Shown piece by piece: positions 26,967-36,753 of a stretch of DNA of 60,881 bases (within the stretch, counting starts at the first letter, position 1; each line of letters begins with the position of its first letter). Position numbers and translations under genes: made by a program. The notes under the pieces are model-generated. The model did not search any database. It was given only the letters and a program-made list of their open reading frames with translations, and was not told where the DNA came from. Source of the DNA: a virus; IMG/VR virus record IMGVR_UViG_2528311097_000001. The stretch is one strand, 5' to 3'.

Positions 26967-29285
26967 TCAGTCGCTCGATTCCGCCTTCTGGTTGGCGGCG
27001 TATTCGGCAAAACTCCCGCCAGTACTCGTCGTTCCCTCGTCCTCGTCGGCGTTGCCGTCGATATCGGAGGGGAACGGTTCGTTGAGCCCGCCCCAGTCCG
27101 CAGCGCTGGTGGCTTCCTGAAGTGCGTTCGCCGTCGTCTCGAGTACTTCAGTGTCCATCTCGTCGAGTTGCTCGTCGGAGTAGCGATTCGAGTTCGCCTG
27201 AATGACGTCCGTCGCCTGCTTGCGACGGCGCTGCTCGTTCGCGTCGCGGTTGGCGTTCAGCTCGTCGATGACCTCCTGCTGGGCATTGACCGTCTGGCGG
27301 AGATCGGAGAGCTCGTCCTGGAACGCGTCAGGCAGGGCGTCGATGTCTGAGTTGACGTCAACGTCGTCGGTGTCGGTACCCCCATCGCCGCCCTCTTCAG
27401 AGGCTTCCGCAGCGTTCTCGACGAGAGTGTTGAGGCTCTCGAGTTGGTTGCTATCCATCCGACGGAGTTGCTCGGAGCTAAACTCCGTCGCATTTGCGAT
27501 GCGCTCGTAGTCGTCGTCAGTAATATCGTCTCCCATTGTTGTGCTGCTCGTGTTCGTATTCGCTGAGTTGATTGCCTTCGTCTCCCGGCCGTTCGCGCTG
27601 CAGTGACACTCCTCATGCGTTCCCGTGTTGCAATCACAGGCAGTGTCACCACCCCCTCGACTGCTATTGAGGCCCGCCCGCTGGAGTAGCGACCCCACCG
27701 AGTGAAGGATGCCGGCTGCCTCATTGGCGTCCACATCGGCCGTGCTGTCACCGTCCTCGAAGTCGTGGCCGAACTCATCGACAAGTAACTGCCGAGCTAC
27801 CTCGCGGGCGGACTCGCGTTGCTCATCGGGGATGGTCCACCGAGAGCCAGTCGTCCCGAGGACGTCCTCGAGAAGCTCCTCATGAAGAACGCCGTCGGGG
27901 CTGACCACCGCGCCCATCAGAAGGTTGTCCTCAGTCTCGGCGTCGGGATTGCCCAGTAGTGACTTCCGGGCAATCCACCCCCGAGCTCCGTCCGGCACTT
28001 CGCTCAGTGCGGAGTAAGGATCGCCCTGATAGTCCGCATCGGTCGCGTCAGCCCATGCCTCAAGGTACTCATCGAGGCCCCACCACAACTCCCAGGATTC
28101 GAGGCCTTCGGCGTCCGCTGCTGCAACGGACATCGTCTCGTCGTACTCCGGGGTGCGCGCCTCGGAGAGGATATTCCCCTGTATTGACGTACTCGATCGA
28201 TTGCCGTTAGTAGTCACACCGTTCGAATCGATTTGCTCCGATGGGAACTCCTCGATGACAGTGAGGTTCTCCTCGAGGACCGTTTCCTCTTCGTCGGTGT
28301 TTTCCCACTCGACGCTATCGTCATCATCGTCTGTCGGGACTTGCTCGTAAACGGCGACGAGGACAGACTCATCGTCATCGTCGAGTTCGTCGGCTACGAT
28401 ACCATACCGCGTCTCGTCTGTGTTCTCCGCCTCCCAGCGGACGCGGTCGTCTTCGGATTGATTTAGCTCCATATCATAATCTCCCTCCTCGCTGGATTGG
28501 GGCGTAGATGGCCGATCACGTCCGCCCTCTGGTGGGCGCATGTTGACGAACACGCGATCGGCCGATCGGCCCGGTTGTCCGTTGACGCAGTAGCCCGCGC
28601 CGGGAACACCTTCTGGCCCGGCCGATGGTGGTGTATGCCCCGACACGCCGATCGTATTCGTGACCGGCGTCTCGGATTCGTCGACCGTCGCCAGTGCGTT
28701 CTCGACGATGCCGTCAGATGCATCAACACCACACCCATCTGAGCACGAGCACTTTCCGGGGCCCAGATCATCAGGCAACAGCGCGACGTGATCCGGACGG
28801 AGGTTGACTTTCACTTCATCGCGGTACGATTCACCATCGACGCCCTCGTAGACGCCTGGTGTGCCGGGGTCGCCCCGATATGCCGACGACACTTCGAGCT
28901 CGTCGCCATCTTCGAGGATCTCGATAATGCGCTCGCCGTACACCCCGAGTGTCTCAGTTTGCTCGACATCGACCCACAGATCACCGTTCAGTTCGCGCTC
29001 GTCGGTGTCATACGAGGCGTAGTACAACGAACCTGTGACGGCGTTGTCGATGACTTCCGGGAGGCGGGCGGTGATGTAGTTGCCGTGGACATCGACCGGG
29101 TGGCCGATCGGCAATGGAACGTGGTTCCACCCCGGAACGCTCTCAGCGAACGCCTCATCAGGGACGTATCCCCCGTTGAGGCTCATCGGTCGGGCGACCG
29201 TTACGTTCGCGACGAGGTACTCACGTCCGTTTCGTTCTTCTTCACGGACGGTCTCAACGTCGATGCTATTGGTACAGAGTTGCAT
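26967..29285 (-). CDS. DUF2213 prohead protease fused to scaffold
   Basis: YLVANVTVAR...WNHVPLPIGHP...ELEVSSAY...NLRPDHVALL; acidic coiled-coil C-terminus. Confidence 0.8.
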   Translation of the reverse strand: MQLCTNSIDVETVREEERNGREYLVANVTVARPMSLNGGYVPDEAFAESVPGWNHVPLPIGHPVDVHGNYITARLPEVIDNAVTGSLYYASYDTDERELNGDLWVDVEQTETLGVYGERIIEILEDGDELEVSSAYRGDPGTPGVYEGVDGESYRDEVKVNLRPDHVALLPDDLGPGKCSCSDGCGVDASDGIVENALATVDESETPVTNTIGVSGHTPPSAGPEGVPGAGYCVNGQPGRSADRVFVNMRPPEGGRDRPSTPQSSEEGDYDMELNQSEDDRVRWEAENTDETRYGIVADELDDDDESVLVAVYEQVPTDDDDDSVEWENTDEEETVLEENLTVIEEFPSEQIDSNGVTTNGNRSSTSIQGNILSEARTPEYDETMSVAAADAEGLESWELWWGLDEYLEAWADATDADYQGDPYSALSEVPDGARGWIARKSLLGNPDAETEDNLLMGAVVSPDGVLHEELLEDVLGTTGSRWTIPDEQRESAREVARQLLVDEFGHDFEDGDSTADVDANEAAGILHSVGSLLQRAGLNSSRGGGDTACDCNTGTHEECHCSANGRETKAINSANTNTSSTTMGDDITDDDYERIANATEFSSEQLRRMDSNQLESLNTLVENAAEASEEGGDGGTDTDDVDVNSDIDALPDAFQDELSDLRQTVNAQQEVIDELNANRDANEQRRRKQATDVIQANSNRYSDEQLDEMDTEVLETTANALQEATSAADWGGLNEPFPSDIDGNADEDEGTTSTGGSFAEYAANQKAESSD

Positions 29286-29297
29286 TGCTGAATTGAT

Positions 29298-30290
29298 CTA
29301 ACCTGTCAAAACCACTCTACATCTACACCGAGGGTGTAAGGGTGGGTTCGGGCCCACGCCCGTCCGGATCTCAGTTAGCGTCCACGATGTCCCCTCGTAT
29401 GGCGAACACCTGCCACAAACTCTGAGGTCTCCGGCGGTCGTGTACTCGTATTCAGGATCGTCGTCCTCGATGTCGTACTCGATCGAAACGCCGACTTCTT
29501 CGACGCCGACTTCGGCTCCACGCTCGATGACAGCCGTATTGACTGACTCGACGATCCGAGTATGAGCCGACGTCTCCGTACTGGTTTGGCCGACAGCGTT
29601 GACTCGGCCGACGACCTGATTCGTGAGCTCGCGGATTGTGATCCCGCCAGCAGCCGCAAGCGAGAGATCCTCCGAGAGGGTGCGCTGGGCCTGCGTATGC
29701 GTCTCATTGACTGCCCGATTTACGTCACCATAAATCTGAGTGCGCTCTTGTTTTAGCGCATCCTGATGGCGATCGCGCCCAACCAGGTCGCTCGGGTTTT
29801 CATCCCCGTCATCGCCAGTATTCGGATCGGGAAGTGACGACTGACGCAGATCGTGATTCGCGAGCGAGAGGCCACGAGCGTACGCCGCAGCGACCATCGC
29901 TGCAGTGTAATGGCCCCCCTCTTTGACACGCTCTTCATCAAGCGGCTCGAGAACGTGCTCGTCAAGGACGGCACGGAACCACTCGGAGAATCGTGAGAGT
30001 CGGTCGGCGTTCGACTCAGTACCGAAGTCATCGATTACGTCCGGGCGAAGTGTGCCGGGCGCGACCGACCGCTCGGGGCCATGATCGATGTCGCGGAGCC
30101 GGAGGGCATCGTTGCGTTCGAGTGTCTCGCGAAGGATCCCTCGGACAGTCGCCCATCGGTTGTTGAACGTACCAGTGGCGTTCTTTCGGGCTGTCTTCGT
30201 CCCCGTCGGGTCCTCGCTTCGAGCGTCCTGGTTCGGATGAAGCGTTGAGCCCGCTTCGAAGACGTCCGACTGAGACGTGGTACTACTCAT
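29298..30290 (-). CDS. Head morphogenesis protein (SPP1 gp7 / Mu gpF family)
   Basis: TAGDLRVCGRCSPYEG...PPLHPRCRC. Confidence 0.9.
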   Translation of the reverse strand: MSSTTSQSDVFEAGSTLHPNQDARSEDPTGTKTARKNATGTFNNRWATVRGILRETLERNDALRLRDIDHGPERSVAPGTLRPDVIDDFGTESNADRLSRFSEWFRAVLDEHVLEPLDEERVKEGGHYTAAMVAAAYARGLSLANHDLRQSSLPDPNTGDDGDENPSDLVGRDRHQDALKQERTQIYGDVNRAVNETHTQAQRTLSEDLSLAAAGGITIRELTNQVVGRVNAVGQTSTETSAHTRIVESVNTAVIERGAEVGVEEVGVSIEYDIEDDDPEYEYTTAGDLRVCGRCSPYEGTSWTLTEIRTGVGPNPPLHPRCRCRVVLTG

Positions 30291-30311
30291 CAGGGATGGG
30301 ATGTGACGACG

Positions 30312-30716
30312 TTAGGCGAACCGGCCTTGGTACGGACTCCGCGGGCCATTCTCTGACTCTTCGTTTGGCTTGAGTGGTTCGGGCCAGTTCGCTGTGTAGC
30401 CGCTGAACTGATCGGAATGGATGACCGTATTGCCAGTCTCACCACATCGACGCCGAACGACCTCGTGTCGAATCCACCCCTCAGACTCACCGACCGTCGA
30501 GAAGATGAGACGTTCTCGATAGAACGGACACCCCTTTGCCCCACCCCGTGCTTCCGCTTCGAAGGGGTAGGTGGCGTCGATCGTGTGGTACGCCTCGACT
30601 TCGAAGTCGCCGTCATTCCATGTGGTGGTCGTAAGTGTTGTCGGGCCACTGAGTCGGATTGATGCGAGATCCTCGAGAATGGCAACGGCGGCGTCGCGGT
30701 CATAATCGTAGTTCAT
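30312..30716 (-). CDS. Hypothetical protein
   Basis: 134 aa ORF with RBS (GGCGAGGTG) inserted between portal and gpF. Confidence 0.5.
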   Translation of the reverse strand: MNYDYDRDAAVAILEDLASIRLSGPTTLTTTTWNDGDFEVEAYHTIDATYPFEAEARGGAKGCPFYRERLIFSTVGESEGWIRHEVVRRRCGETGNTVIHSDQFSGYTANWPEPLKPNEESENGPRSPYQGRFA

Positions 30717-30792
30717 GCGGGCACCTCGCCGTTACTGTTTTTTACCGATTCGGGCAGCCCGTCGTAGCTTACCGATCGTGGGTCGTCGCCGC

Positions 30793-30900
30793 TCATCCGT
30801 CGCTCTCTTGTTCGTCTTCGTCGTCCTCATCGCTGTCAGGACGGAGTTCTTCCGGAGTCTGTGCGCGCTCGTCATCGGTCGCGGGCGTGATATCAGTCAT
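30793..30900 (-). CDS. 35-aa very acidic peptide
   Basis: MTDITPATDDERAQTPEELRPDSDEDDEDEQESDG; ATG overlaps portal end. Confidence 0.3.
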   Translation of the reverse strand: MTDITPATDDERAQTPEELRPDSDEDDEDEQESDG

Positions 30901-32596
30901 CAGTCTGACCCTCGTTGGTTGATTGAATCGCATCGAATGCCGCCTGCACTTCTGGGTCGTCCTCGTCGATGTTGTAGGCCATGTCGCGATCGAAGCGCCC
31001 AGACCCACGCTCACCGTCCGCATCCGGCGGAGACAGCCCAACGGCCCGATAGGCCGCCTCTTCGTCAGCCCCCATCGCTACCGTATCGTGGATGTTCTTC
31101 AGGGCCTGTGAGAGGGTGTGCGTCATTTCCGCTTTCTCGAGGTCCGTCAGTTCGAACAACGAGCGCCAGTTGACGAGATACCCACTCGGACCACCCTCGG
31201 GTTCGGCGACCGCGCCGTATGCGATATAGTCGTCGATCGTTGGGATGACAAAGCGCTTTGCCGCGACTTGCTCTTGGCGCTCGGACATACGCGAGAGCCA
31301 GTTTGATTCATCCTGCGAACTCGCGAGCTCGCCGCGTTCGGACCCTTTCATGATCCGCTGGGGCTGTTGTGAGACACCCGCAAGCGTGTCGTAGAGTGAG
31401 TCGAGCAGCGGAGACGGATCGACCGACTCGCCGGAGATCTCTTTGATGTCGAGGTTCTCGCCGTACGCGGTCGTTCGCATCCCGTCGGTCATCTCGCGCA
31501 TCTGCTCGTCGAACTGCTCGATTACCTCTTCGCGATCGGACCCGAGCGATCCCTCTTCCGATCCCATACCGATGAATTTCCGGTCGACGTTCCCGTAGTG
31601 AGCCTCGGCGGAACTCCCACGCACCTTCTCGAAGTCGATCAGGGCGTGGAGGATCGGTTCGAGACACCCCTCGCCCAGATACTCCGAACGGTCAGGCCGC
31701 TCGATGATATGTTGGAGCCGGGAGTAATGGACGATTCGCTTGTCCTCATCAATCGAGCCATCAGGTTTCGACGTCTCGAACGTGATCTCATAGAGAATCG
31801 GCTTGTCGGGGCGCTCGATACCATCCCGAGCTGGCTCACCCTTATCGAAGTCACCCGCGACTGCCCAATTCGTCACGTCTGACTGGCTGAAAACGTTACA
31901 GTAGGCGATATCGTCCGGCCCGTTGATGTTGTTGGCGTTAACGGGTTGACTCATTTTCCGCCCGTCGCGATAGCCTGTGAAAAGCAGGCCATACTGCACA
32001 GGACGCTGAGCTCGATCAGCCCATGACCAGTACGTGTTCAACCCAGCGCGCTCGGCATTGGGATCGCGATCCTCGGTCGAACCGTCGAGCAGCTGTTGAA
32101 CGTCTTGTTCGAACTGGGTAGGATCGTCGCCGTCGGCCCGCCCCGTATCGCGGATGATCGGCGGGCGCTTCCATGTCGCCCGGACGGGGGCCTCGGTGAT
32201 GATTCGTGCTTCGGGCTGTACGCGTGCCCGGAGTTCGTAATCTTCGGCGGACTGGTTGCGTGGGTCGGGATACCCGAACACGTCCCAGTAGTCCCGTCGG
32301 CCACGATGAGATCGGCCCACCCCCAGCGCACCCCGAATCCCGAACTGGGCCATCTGCTGCCGGCGAGCACGCCGTGCTCCTCGGACGGACTGATTCGCCA
32401 TGTACTGCCCGAGAGCGGATGCCGTCGTATCGTCTAACTCCGGCGCGTCAGTCCCGTTCCGCGCGGCTGCAAGCGTGGCAACGGCTCGTCCCTGCTCGGC
32501 GAGCTGCGAGCGCTGATCAAGGATATCGACATCGGCATCACCGCTCCGACGATGTGCGCCGGGAGCCGAACGTTCGTTATCAGTGCTGTCACTCAT
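30893..32596 (-). CDS. Portal protein (DUF1073-type)
   Basis: Directly after TerL; RIITEAPVRATW, VHYSRL.H, GCLEPI, LAGVSQQPQRIMKGSERGELASSQDESNW. Confidence 0.9.
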   Translation of the reverse strand: MSDSTDNERSAPGAHRRSGDADVDILDQRSQLAEQGRAVATLAAARNGTDAPELDDTTASALGQYMANQSVRGARRARRQQMAQFGIRGALGVGRSHRGRRDYWDVFGYPDPRNQSAEDYELRARVQPEARIITEAPVRATWKRPPIIRDTGRADGDDPTQFEQDVQQLLDGSTEDRDPNAERAGLNTYWSWADRAQRPVQYGLLFTGYRDGRKMSQPVNANNINGPDDIAYCNVFSQSDVTNWAVAGDFDKGEPARDGIERPDKPILYEITFETSKPDGSIDEDKRIVHYSRLQHIIERPDRSEYLGEGCLEPILHALIDFEKVRGSSAEAHYGNVDRKFIGMGSEEGSLGSDREEVIEQFDEQMREMTDGMRTTAYGENLDIKEISGESVDPSPLLDSLYDTLAGVSQQPQRIMKGSERGELASSQDESNWLSRMSERQEQVAAKRFVIPTIDDYIAYGAVAEPEGGPSGYLVNWRSLFELTDLEKAEMTHTLSQALKNIHDTVAMGADEEAAYRAVGLSPPDADGERGSGRFDRDMAYNIDEDDPEVQAAFDAIQSTNEGQTDD

Positions 32597-32599
32597 GGA

Positions 32600-34213
32600 T
32601 TAAAACCCGATGCTGTAGACCCGCGTTTCCTTTTTCTGCCCGCCTTCGTCGTCGCTGAAGTTTCTGAGGCCGATCTCCGCAGCGTCTAACATGTCATCAT
32701 GGTCAGCAGATGGGAACGCAACGAACTCGTCCTCGAAGCCATCCCAGATCGGGAGTTGCTTGCCCCGCTTGCGAAGTGGGTCGACGATCTTCACATCGCC
32801 CGACTCGAACATCGGCGACATGCTGATGATCCGGTCTTCTTTGTTACCCGAGCTATGACTCGTTTCAAGCGGGAGACCGTGTTTTTCGCGGCCCTGTTGG
32901 GTGAACCAACTCTGAGCCTGATTGCTCTCGACGAGGCATTTTACAACCCGATTATAGTCCGAGAGATGACCGTCGACCCACTCAAGCGCTTGTGTGAGCG
33001 TCATGCCTCGCTTGCGAGCCATATCCTCAAGGTAGATCGCTTCTGTCGAGATGTCCTGGGCGTAGATCGACAGCGCGAAGTAGTCCGTGTTATTTGACGC
33101 CGCCTTCTCCGGGTCCTTCTCCGTTGCGAGGTCGAGCCCAGCATACCGGACGTAATCGGACTGGCGGCCGGGGAGGGCCGCCGTCCAGTGGAGCATGTCC
33201 GACGAGAGGACGGCGCCCGTCAGTGCGCTCGCGTCGTTCTGCATCTCCCGCTTCCACACCAGCCGGCTCTCGTCACGCCCGAACCCAGTGTGGAGGTCCA
33301 AGAGCAGCTCGTCGAGCGGCCAGCGCTCAGGCCACAGGACGGGGCACTGTCGGTGTGGGTCGGCCTCGATGATCGTTTCGTTCGGACCGCGAGCGCCAAT
33401 TTCCGACGCGTTGTAGCGACGACGCTGTCCCGTCTCATCGTCGATCGTGATGAGATCGTACTCCCCGTTCTCGACGATAGACCAGTCTTCGATCGCCTGC
33501 TCGACGGTCGTGTTCCACCCGCCGGCGTCGATCAGGTTCTGGTAGATGTCCTTCGAGTGCTTGCGCGTCCCCAACGTGAGGAACACCGTCTCGTCGCTTG
33601 CCCGGAGACGGAGGTGTGCAAGGAAGTCCTCCTCGATCGTCTTGCGGCGATGGGCCGTCCGTTGGGCCGCCTGGTCGACGATGTCGTCGAAGATGATGTA
33701 GTCGTAGCGCCCACCCGTAACGCCCGTATCGAACCCAGCGGCGCGGATCGTCGGCTCGGCATGGTCAGCATCGCGCTCGAGTGTGAGACGAGTCTTGTTG
33801 GATTCAATGATGTTGTGGCCGTACTTCGGGGCAAGCGCCTCGAGATATCCCTTACACTTCTGGAGCTTGCCCTTCGCTTCCTCCGTGTTCAACATCATGA
33901 TCAGGATCCGAACGTTCGGATCCTGTAACGCCTTCCAGACTGGAGTGACGCCCGATCCCGACTCCGATTTGGCGTGTCCACGCGGCTCGATCCGGGCGAG
34001 TGTCTTCGGCGCGTCGGGGTGATTGTCCGAAAAGGCTCGATGGATCGCCCCGTAGATTTCCCGAACGTGCGGCGGGGGGCTCTGCTCGTGGCCGAATACC
34101 TCCGACTCGCGAATGGCCAGCGTCAGTGGGTGGGCAAGGGGCTTGTTCCGGACGAGGTGCTCGAGAATCTCGCGATCGGACTCCCCGAGCGGGGACTGTG
34201 CTGTCGTACTCAT
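32600..34213 (-). CDS. terL: Terminase large subunit
   Basis: Walker A PRGHAKS, Walker B YIIFDD, nuclease AGLDLA and FPSADHDDMLDA. Confidence 0.95.
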   Translation of the reverse strand: MSTTAQSPLGESDREILEHLVRNKPLAHPLTLAIRESEVFGHEQSPPPHVREIYGAIHRAFSDNHPDAPKTLARIEPRGHAKSESGSGVTPVWKALQDPNVRILIMMLNTEEAKGKLQKCKGYLEALAPKYGHNIIESNKTRLTLERDADHAEPTIRAAGFDTGVTGGRYDYIIFDDIVDQAAQRTAHRRKTIEEDFLAHLRLRASDETVFLTLGTRKHSKDIYQNLIDAGGWNTTVEQAIEDWSIVENGEYDLITIDDETGQRRRYNASEIGARGPNETIIEADPHRQCPVLWPERWPLDELLLDLHTGFGRDESRLVWKREMQNDASALTGAVLSSDMLHWTAALPGRQSDYVRYAGLDLATEKDPEKAASNNTDYFALSIYAQDISTEAIYLEDMARKRGMTLTQALEWVDGHLSDYNRVVKCLVESNQAQSWFTQQGREKHGLPLETSHSSGNKEDRIISMSPMFESGDVKIVDPLRKRGKQLPIWDGFEDEFVAFPSADHDDMLDAAEIGLRNFSDDEGGQKKETRVYSIGF

Positions 34214-34410
34214 CAGGGGGTGGAAAATCGCGGGTGGTAGAGATCGGTACCGTGCTCCATGAACTCAGAACAGCGATCGCAGACAACCGCCTCGATCTCC
34301 CAACCGATGACGATGGTTGAGGCACCGCACTGACAACGGTACTGAATATGCGGGAACCGTTCGAACGGGCCAGGATCGTAGTCCGTCACCGTGTGGGTTT
34401 CTTCGGACAT
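34213..34410 (-). CDS. Zinc-ribbon microprotein
   Basis: RCQCG...VCDRC; TGATG coupling to terL. Confidence 0.55.
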   Translation of the reverse strand: MSEETHTVTDYDPGPFERFPHIQYRCQCGASTIVIGWEIEAVVCDRCSEFMEHGTDLYHPRFSTP

Positions 34411-34417
34411 GATAGTA

Positions 34418-35068
34418 CTACCAGCCAATCTCAGGAGAGTCCTGGTCTTCGGAGTCTGAGCCATCCTCCCCCGAGCGAGAGGTGTCTTCGACCGCCTCGA
34501 CCGCGATCTCGTCAGGCCCGCCGGTAATGCTGTCGAGGGCGGAGTGCTCCCGCTCGCCAAGCTCGTAGTCGTGATCGTGTTGATGCTGGTGGGCGTGTCG
34601 GTGGTTGTGCTCCATCTCCTCGCCAGGGAAGATCTGCGCTTTGTCGCACAGTTGCCGGTACTCGCGCAGGAAGCGCTCGTCGCCCGATCGGCGGAACTGT
34701 TCGAGAGCGACGCCAGCCATCATCCGAGCGTGTTTCTGCGATCCCTTGGGCGTTGAGAGGATTTCCTCGACGATCTCAACGCGACTGGCCTCCTCGTCAG
34801 TAAGGTAGTTCTCAAGGAACCCCTCGCGATACGCTCCGTGGGTTACGGCCCGGTCATTGCCTTCTGGCGCACCATCCCCCCCTCGATTCCCAACGGCGTT
34901 CTGGTTGCCTTCATGACTCGACCCGTCGGGAGACGTCCCGCGGTGTTTGCGGCACTTGCCCGAATCGAAGTCCGTCCCCCACCCTGCGGCGCGTCCGCAT
35001 GGGTCGCCACGGGAGTTTGTCCCGCCGTGATCGCCGCATTCGTCGGCGTAATTTCGATTGTCCTCCAT
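34418..35068 (-). CDS. terS: Terminase small subunit-like protein
   Basis: CG.HGG...C...GKCRKHRG...GAPEGNDRAVTHGAY motif upstream of terL. Confidence 0.7.
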   Translation of the reverse strand: MEDNRNYADECGDHGGTNSRGDPCGRAAGWGTDFDSGKCRKHRGTSPDGSSHEGNQNAVGNRGGDGAPEGNDRAVTHGAYREGFLENYLTDEEASRVEIVEEILSTPKGSQKHARMMAGVALEQFRRSGDERFLREYRQLCDKAQIFPGEEMEHNHRHAHQHQHDHDYELGEREHSALDSITGGPDEIAVEAVEDTSRSGEDGSDSEDQDSPEIGW

Positions 35069-35090
35069 GAGGTGTGTCTGTTTCGTGGAT

Positions 35091-35102
35091 TATGAAAATT
35101 CG
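35091..35102 (-). promoter_or_regulatory. BRE/TATA promoter of virion (late) operon
   Basis: CGAA-TTTTCATA ending 23 nt before terS ATG. Confidence 0.5.
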
Positions 35103-35135
35103 TATACAGGAGTTCGTACGCGGGTATCCCACGGT

Positions 35136-35573
35136 TCAACGCAGGTTAGTACAAGAGTCGCTGCGGCCGCCTCCAGAGCGATAGTAGTGCGTCCTGTCCG
35201 CGATCTCCTGCACCGGGTACGTCACTGAGTGTTCACCAGACGGTCCGTCGAATCGGTCCGGGTCGTCATGCGGGACGAATTGAGCCTTGACAACTTCCCC
35301 AGGATACGGGCCCTCAACCGACCGCCATCCCGGAACTGTAAGAAATGCGTGCCCGGAACGCCACGCCGCCTTTAGCTCCCGTTCGAGTCGCTCGAGAAAC
35401 TTGATCCGCCCCTGAAGTGAAAACGGTGGTATCTGTTCGTCATCCGACACGGGCGTTCCCGGGTCGACGAGATAGTCTTTGGGAAACCCGTGGACTGAAA
35501 CCAGATCCAGTCGTGGGTAGTCATGCTCCAACTTTGATTCTGCGGCCGCCTCGGTATCACTGGTCTGAGTCAT
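35136..35573 (-). CDS. Hypothetical protein
   Basis: 145 aa ORF in run of coupled genes. Confidence 0.45.
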   Translation of the reverse strand: MTQTSDTEAAAESKLEHDYPRLDLVSVHGFPKDYLVDPGTPVSDDEQIPPFSLQGRIKFLERLERELKAAWRSGHAFLTVPGWRSVEGPYPGEVVKAQFVPHDDPDRFDGPSGEHSVTYPVQEIADRTHYYRSGGGRSDSCTNLR

Positions 35574-35591
35574 GGTTCGAAAGTATCAGGG

Positions 35592-35882
35592 TCAAGTATC
35601 CGGACTGTCTATCTCTGGCGTCGGCGGATCGGTATCGAACGGGATCGGGGCCTTTAGTTTCGGGCTGAGTCCGCGCCGGTTGCCATGCTCGCCGCCTTGA
35701 TGACAGTCCGAGCACAGCCCCATCGTGTTATCCGGATCGGGGTTGCGCTTGTTTCGGTCTCGGTGGTGGACCTCGATCGCGTCGACGGCCTCTCGAGGGC
35801 GACCACAGCCCGGGCACTGATACTCGCTGCCGTTTCGGTTCTCCCAGAAGACGTCCCGGGAGGTCTTGCGTGGGTCGACCAT
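35592..35882 (-). CDS. HNH endonuclease
   Basis: CPGCG...IEVHHRDRNKRNPDPDNTMGLCSDCH; TGATG-coupled start. Confidence 0.85.
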   Translation of the reverse strand: MVDPRKTSRDVFWENRNGSEYQCPGCGRPREAVDAIEVHHRDRNKRNPDPDNTMGLCSDCHQGGEHGNRRGLSPKLKAPIPFDTDPPTPEIDSPDT

Positions 35883-36070
35883 CAACCCATGAGCAGCTCG
35901 TAGGTGCACTCACCGCAGAGCGTGATGGTCGTGCTCTCACTGTAGCCCATCTCGGCGAGTCGGCCACCGATCTCGGTCGTTCGGAAGAACTGTGGCGAGA
36001 ACTGCCCGAGGAGGCCCGGTGCGGGCGTGCATTTGTCGTCGCACTTGTTGCAGGTTGCTGTGTAGCCCAT
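35882..36070 (-). CDS. Zinc-finger microprotein
   Basis: CNKCDDKC...LCGEC. Confidence 0.6.
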   Translation of the reverse strand: MGYTATCNKCDDKCTPAPGLLGQFSPQFFRTTEIGGRLAEMGYSESTTITLCGECTYELLMG

Positions 36071-36078
36071 CTGATTAG

Positions 36079-36210
36079 TTAGATGTAGTTCGGTGTTTCG
36101 GTGGAGTTAGCGACTGGGACTTCGCCGAGGAACCACGCGAAGCCGTGGACTACGAACGCCCAAACGACCATGACGATGGCGTATGCCACGATGAGATCCG
36201 GGTCAGCCAT
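36079..36210 (-). CDS. 43-aa single-pass membrane peptide
   Basis: MADPDLIVAYAIVMVVWAFVVHGFAWFLG hydrophobic stretch. Confidence 0.45.
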   Translation of the reverse strand: MADPDLIVAYAIVMVVWAFVVHGFAWFLGEVPVANSTETPNYI

Positions 36211-36430
36211 TAGAAGGGGACTCGCCGTATTCAACTCCGTGGCCGGCAGTCCCGTCAAGACCGTAGCGATTGTACGACCGGATCTCCCGCCCGGGTGCGA
36301 ACTCCCGGTAGTCTTCCCGGCAGTCGTCATTGCAAAAGTACAGCGGGCCTCGATGCCGCCGGTCGTTGCTCTGAGCGATTCTGACGGCCCACTTCTTGCG
36401 GATATGCACTCCGCACTGTTCGCAGATCAT
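36203..36430 (-). CDS. TRASH/YHS-like zinc-finger protein
   Basis: CEQCG...YFCNDDC. Confidence 0.6.
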   Translation of the reverse strand: MICEQCGVHIRKKWAVRIAQSNDRRHRGPLYFCNDDCREDYREFAPGREIRSYNRYGLDGTAGHGVEYGESPSNG

Positions 36431-36714
36431 CAGTATCGAAGCTCGTCGATGCCCTTGAGGACCTTTTTGGCTGACTTGTCCGAGGTCTGGGCGACGATGT
36501 CGGGGATATCATCCGTCGTCAAGACGGTCTCCGGTAGACCGTTACACTCCGTTACATCGGTACCAGTTTCAGTTGCTTCGTCGGACTGGTGCTCCTCGAG
36601 GCGGTCACAGGCACGGTGGAGTAGCTCGGTGGCCGACTCGTCTTCACGGCGGTCGAGTAGGTTCTCGAAGCGTTCGGCTGCCTCTCCGGCGACGGAGTAG
36701 TGTTGTCGGCTCAT
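36430..36714 (-). CDS. Ribbon-helix-helix-like DNA-binding protein
   Basis: HYSV...AAERFENL...ESATELLHRACDRLE. Confidence 0.45.
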   Translation of the reverse strand: MSRQHYSVAGEAAERFENLLDRREDESATELLHRACDRLEEHQSDEATETGTDVTECNGLPETVLTTDDIPDIVAQTSDKSAKKVLKGIDELRY

Positions 36715-36753
36715 GGTGTAACGGTGGTGTTACGGTACAGCGGAAATGCGGTG

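Noticed and set aside
30893-32596. Anti-defence function sometimes attached to DUF1073 annotations
   Set aside because: Position right after terL and size fit a portal; no additional enzymatic domain is evident
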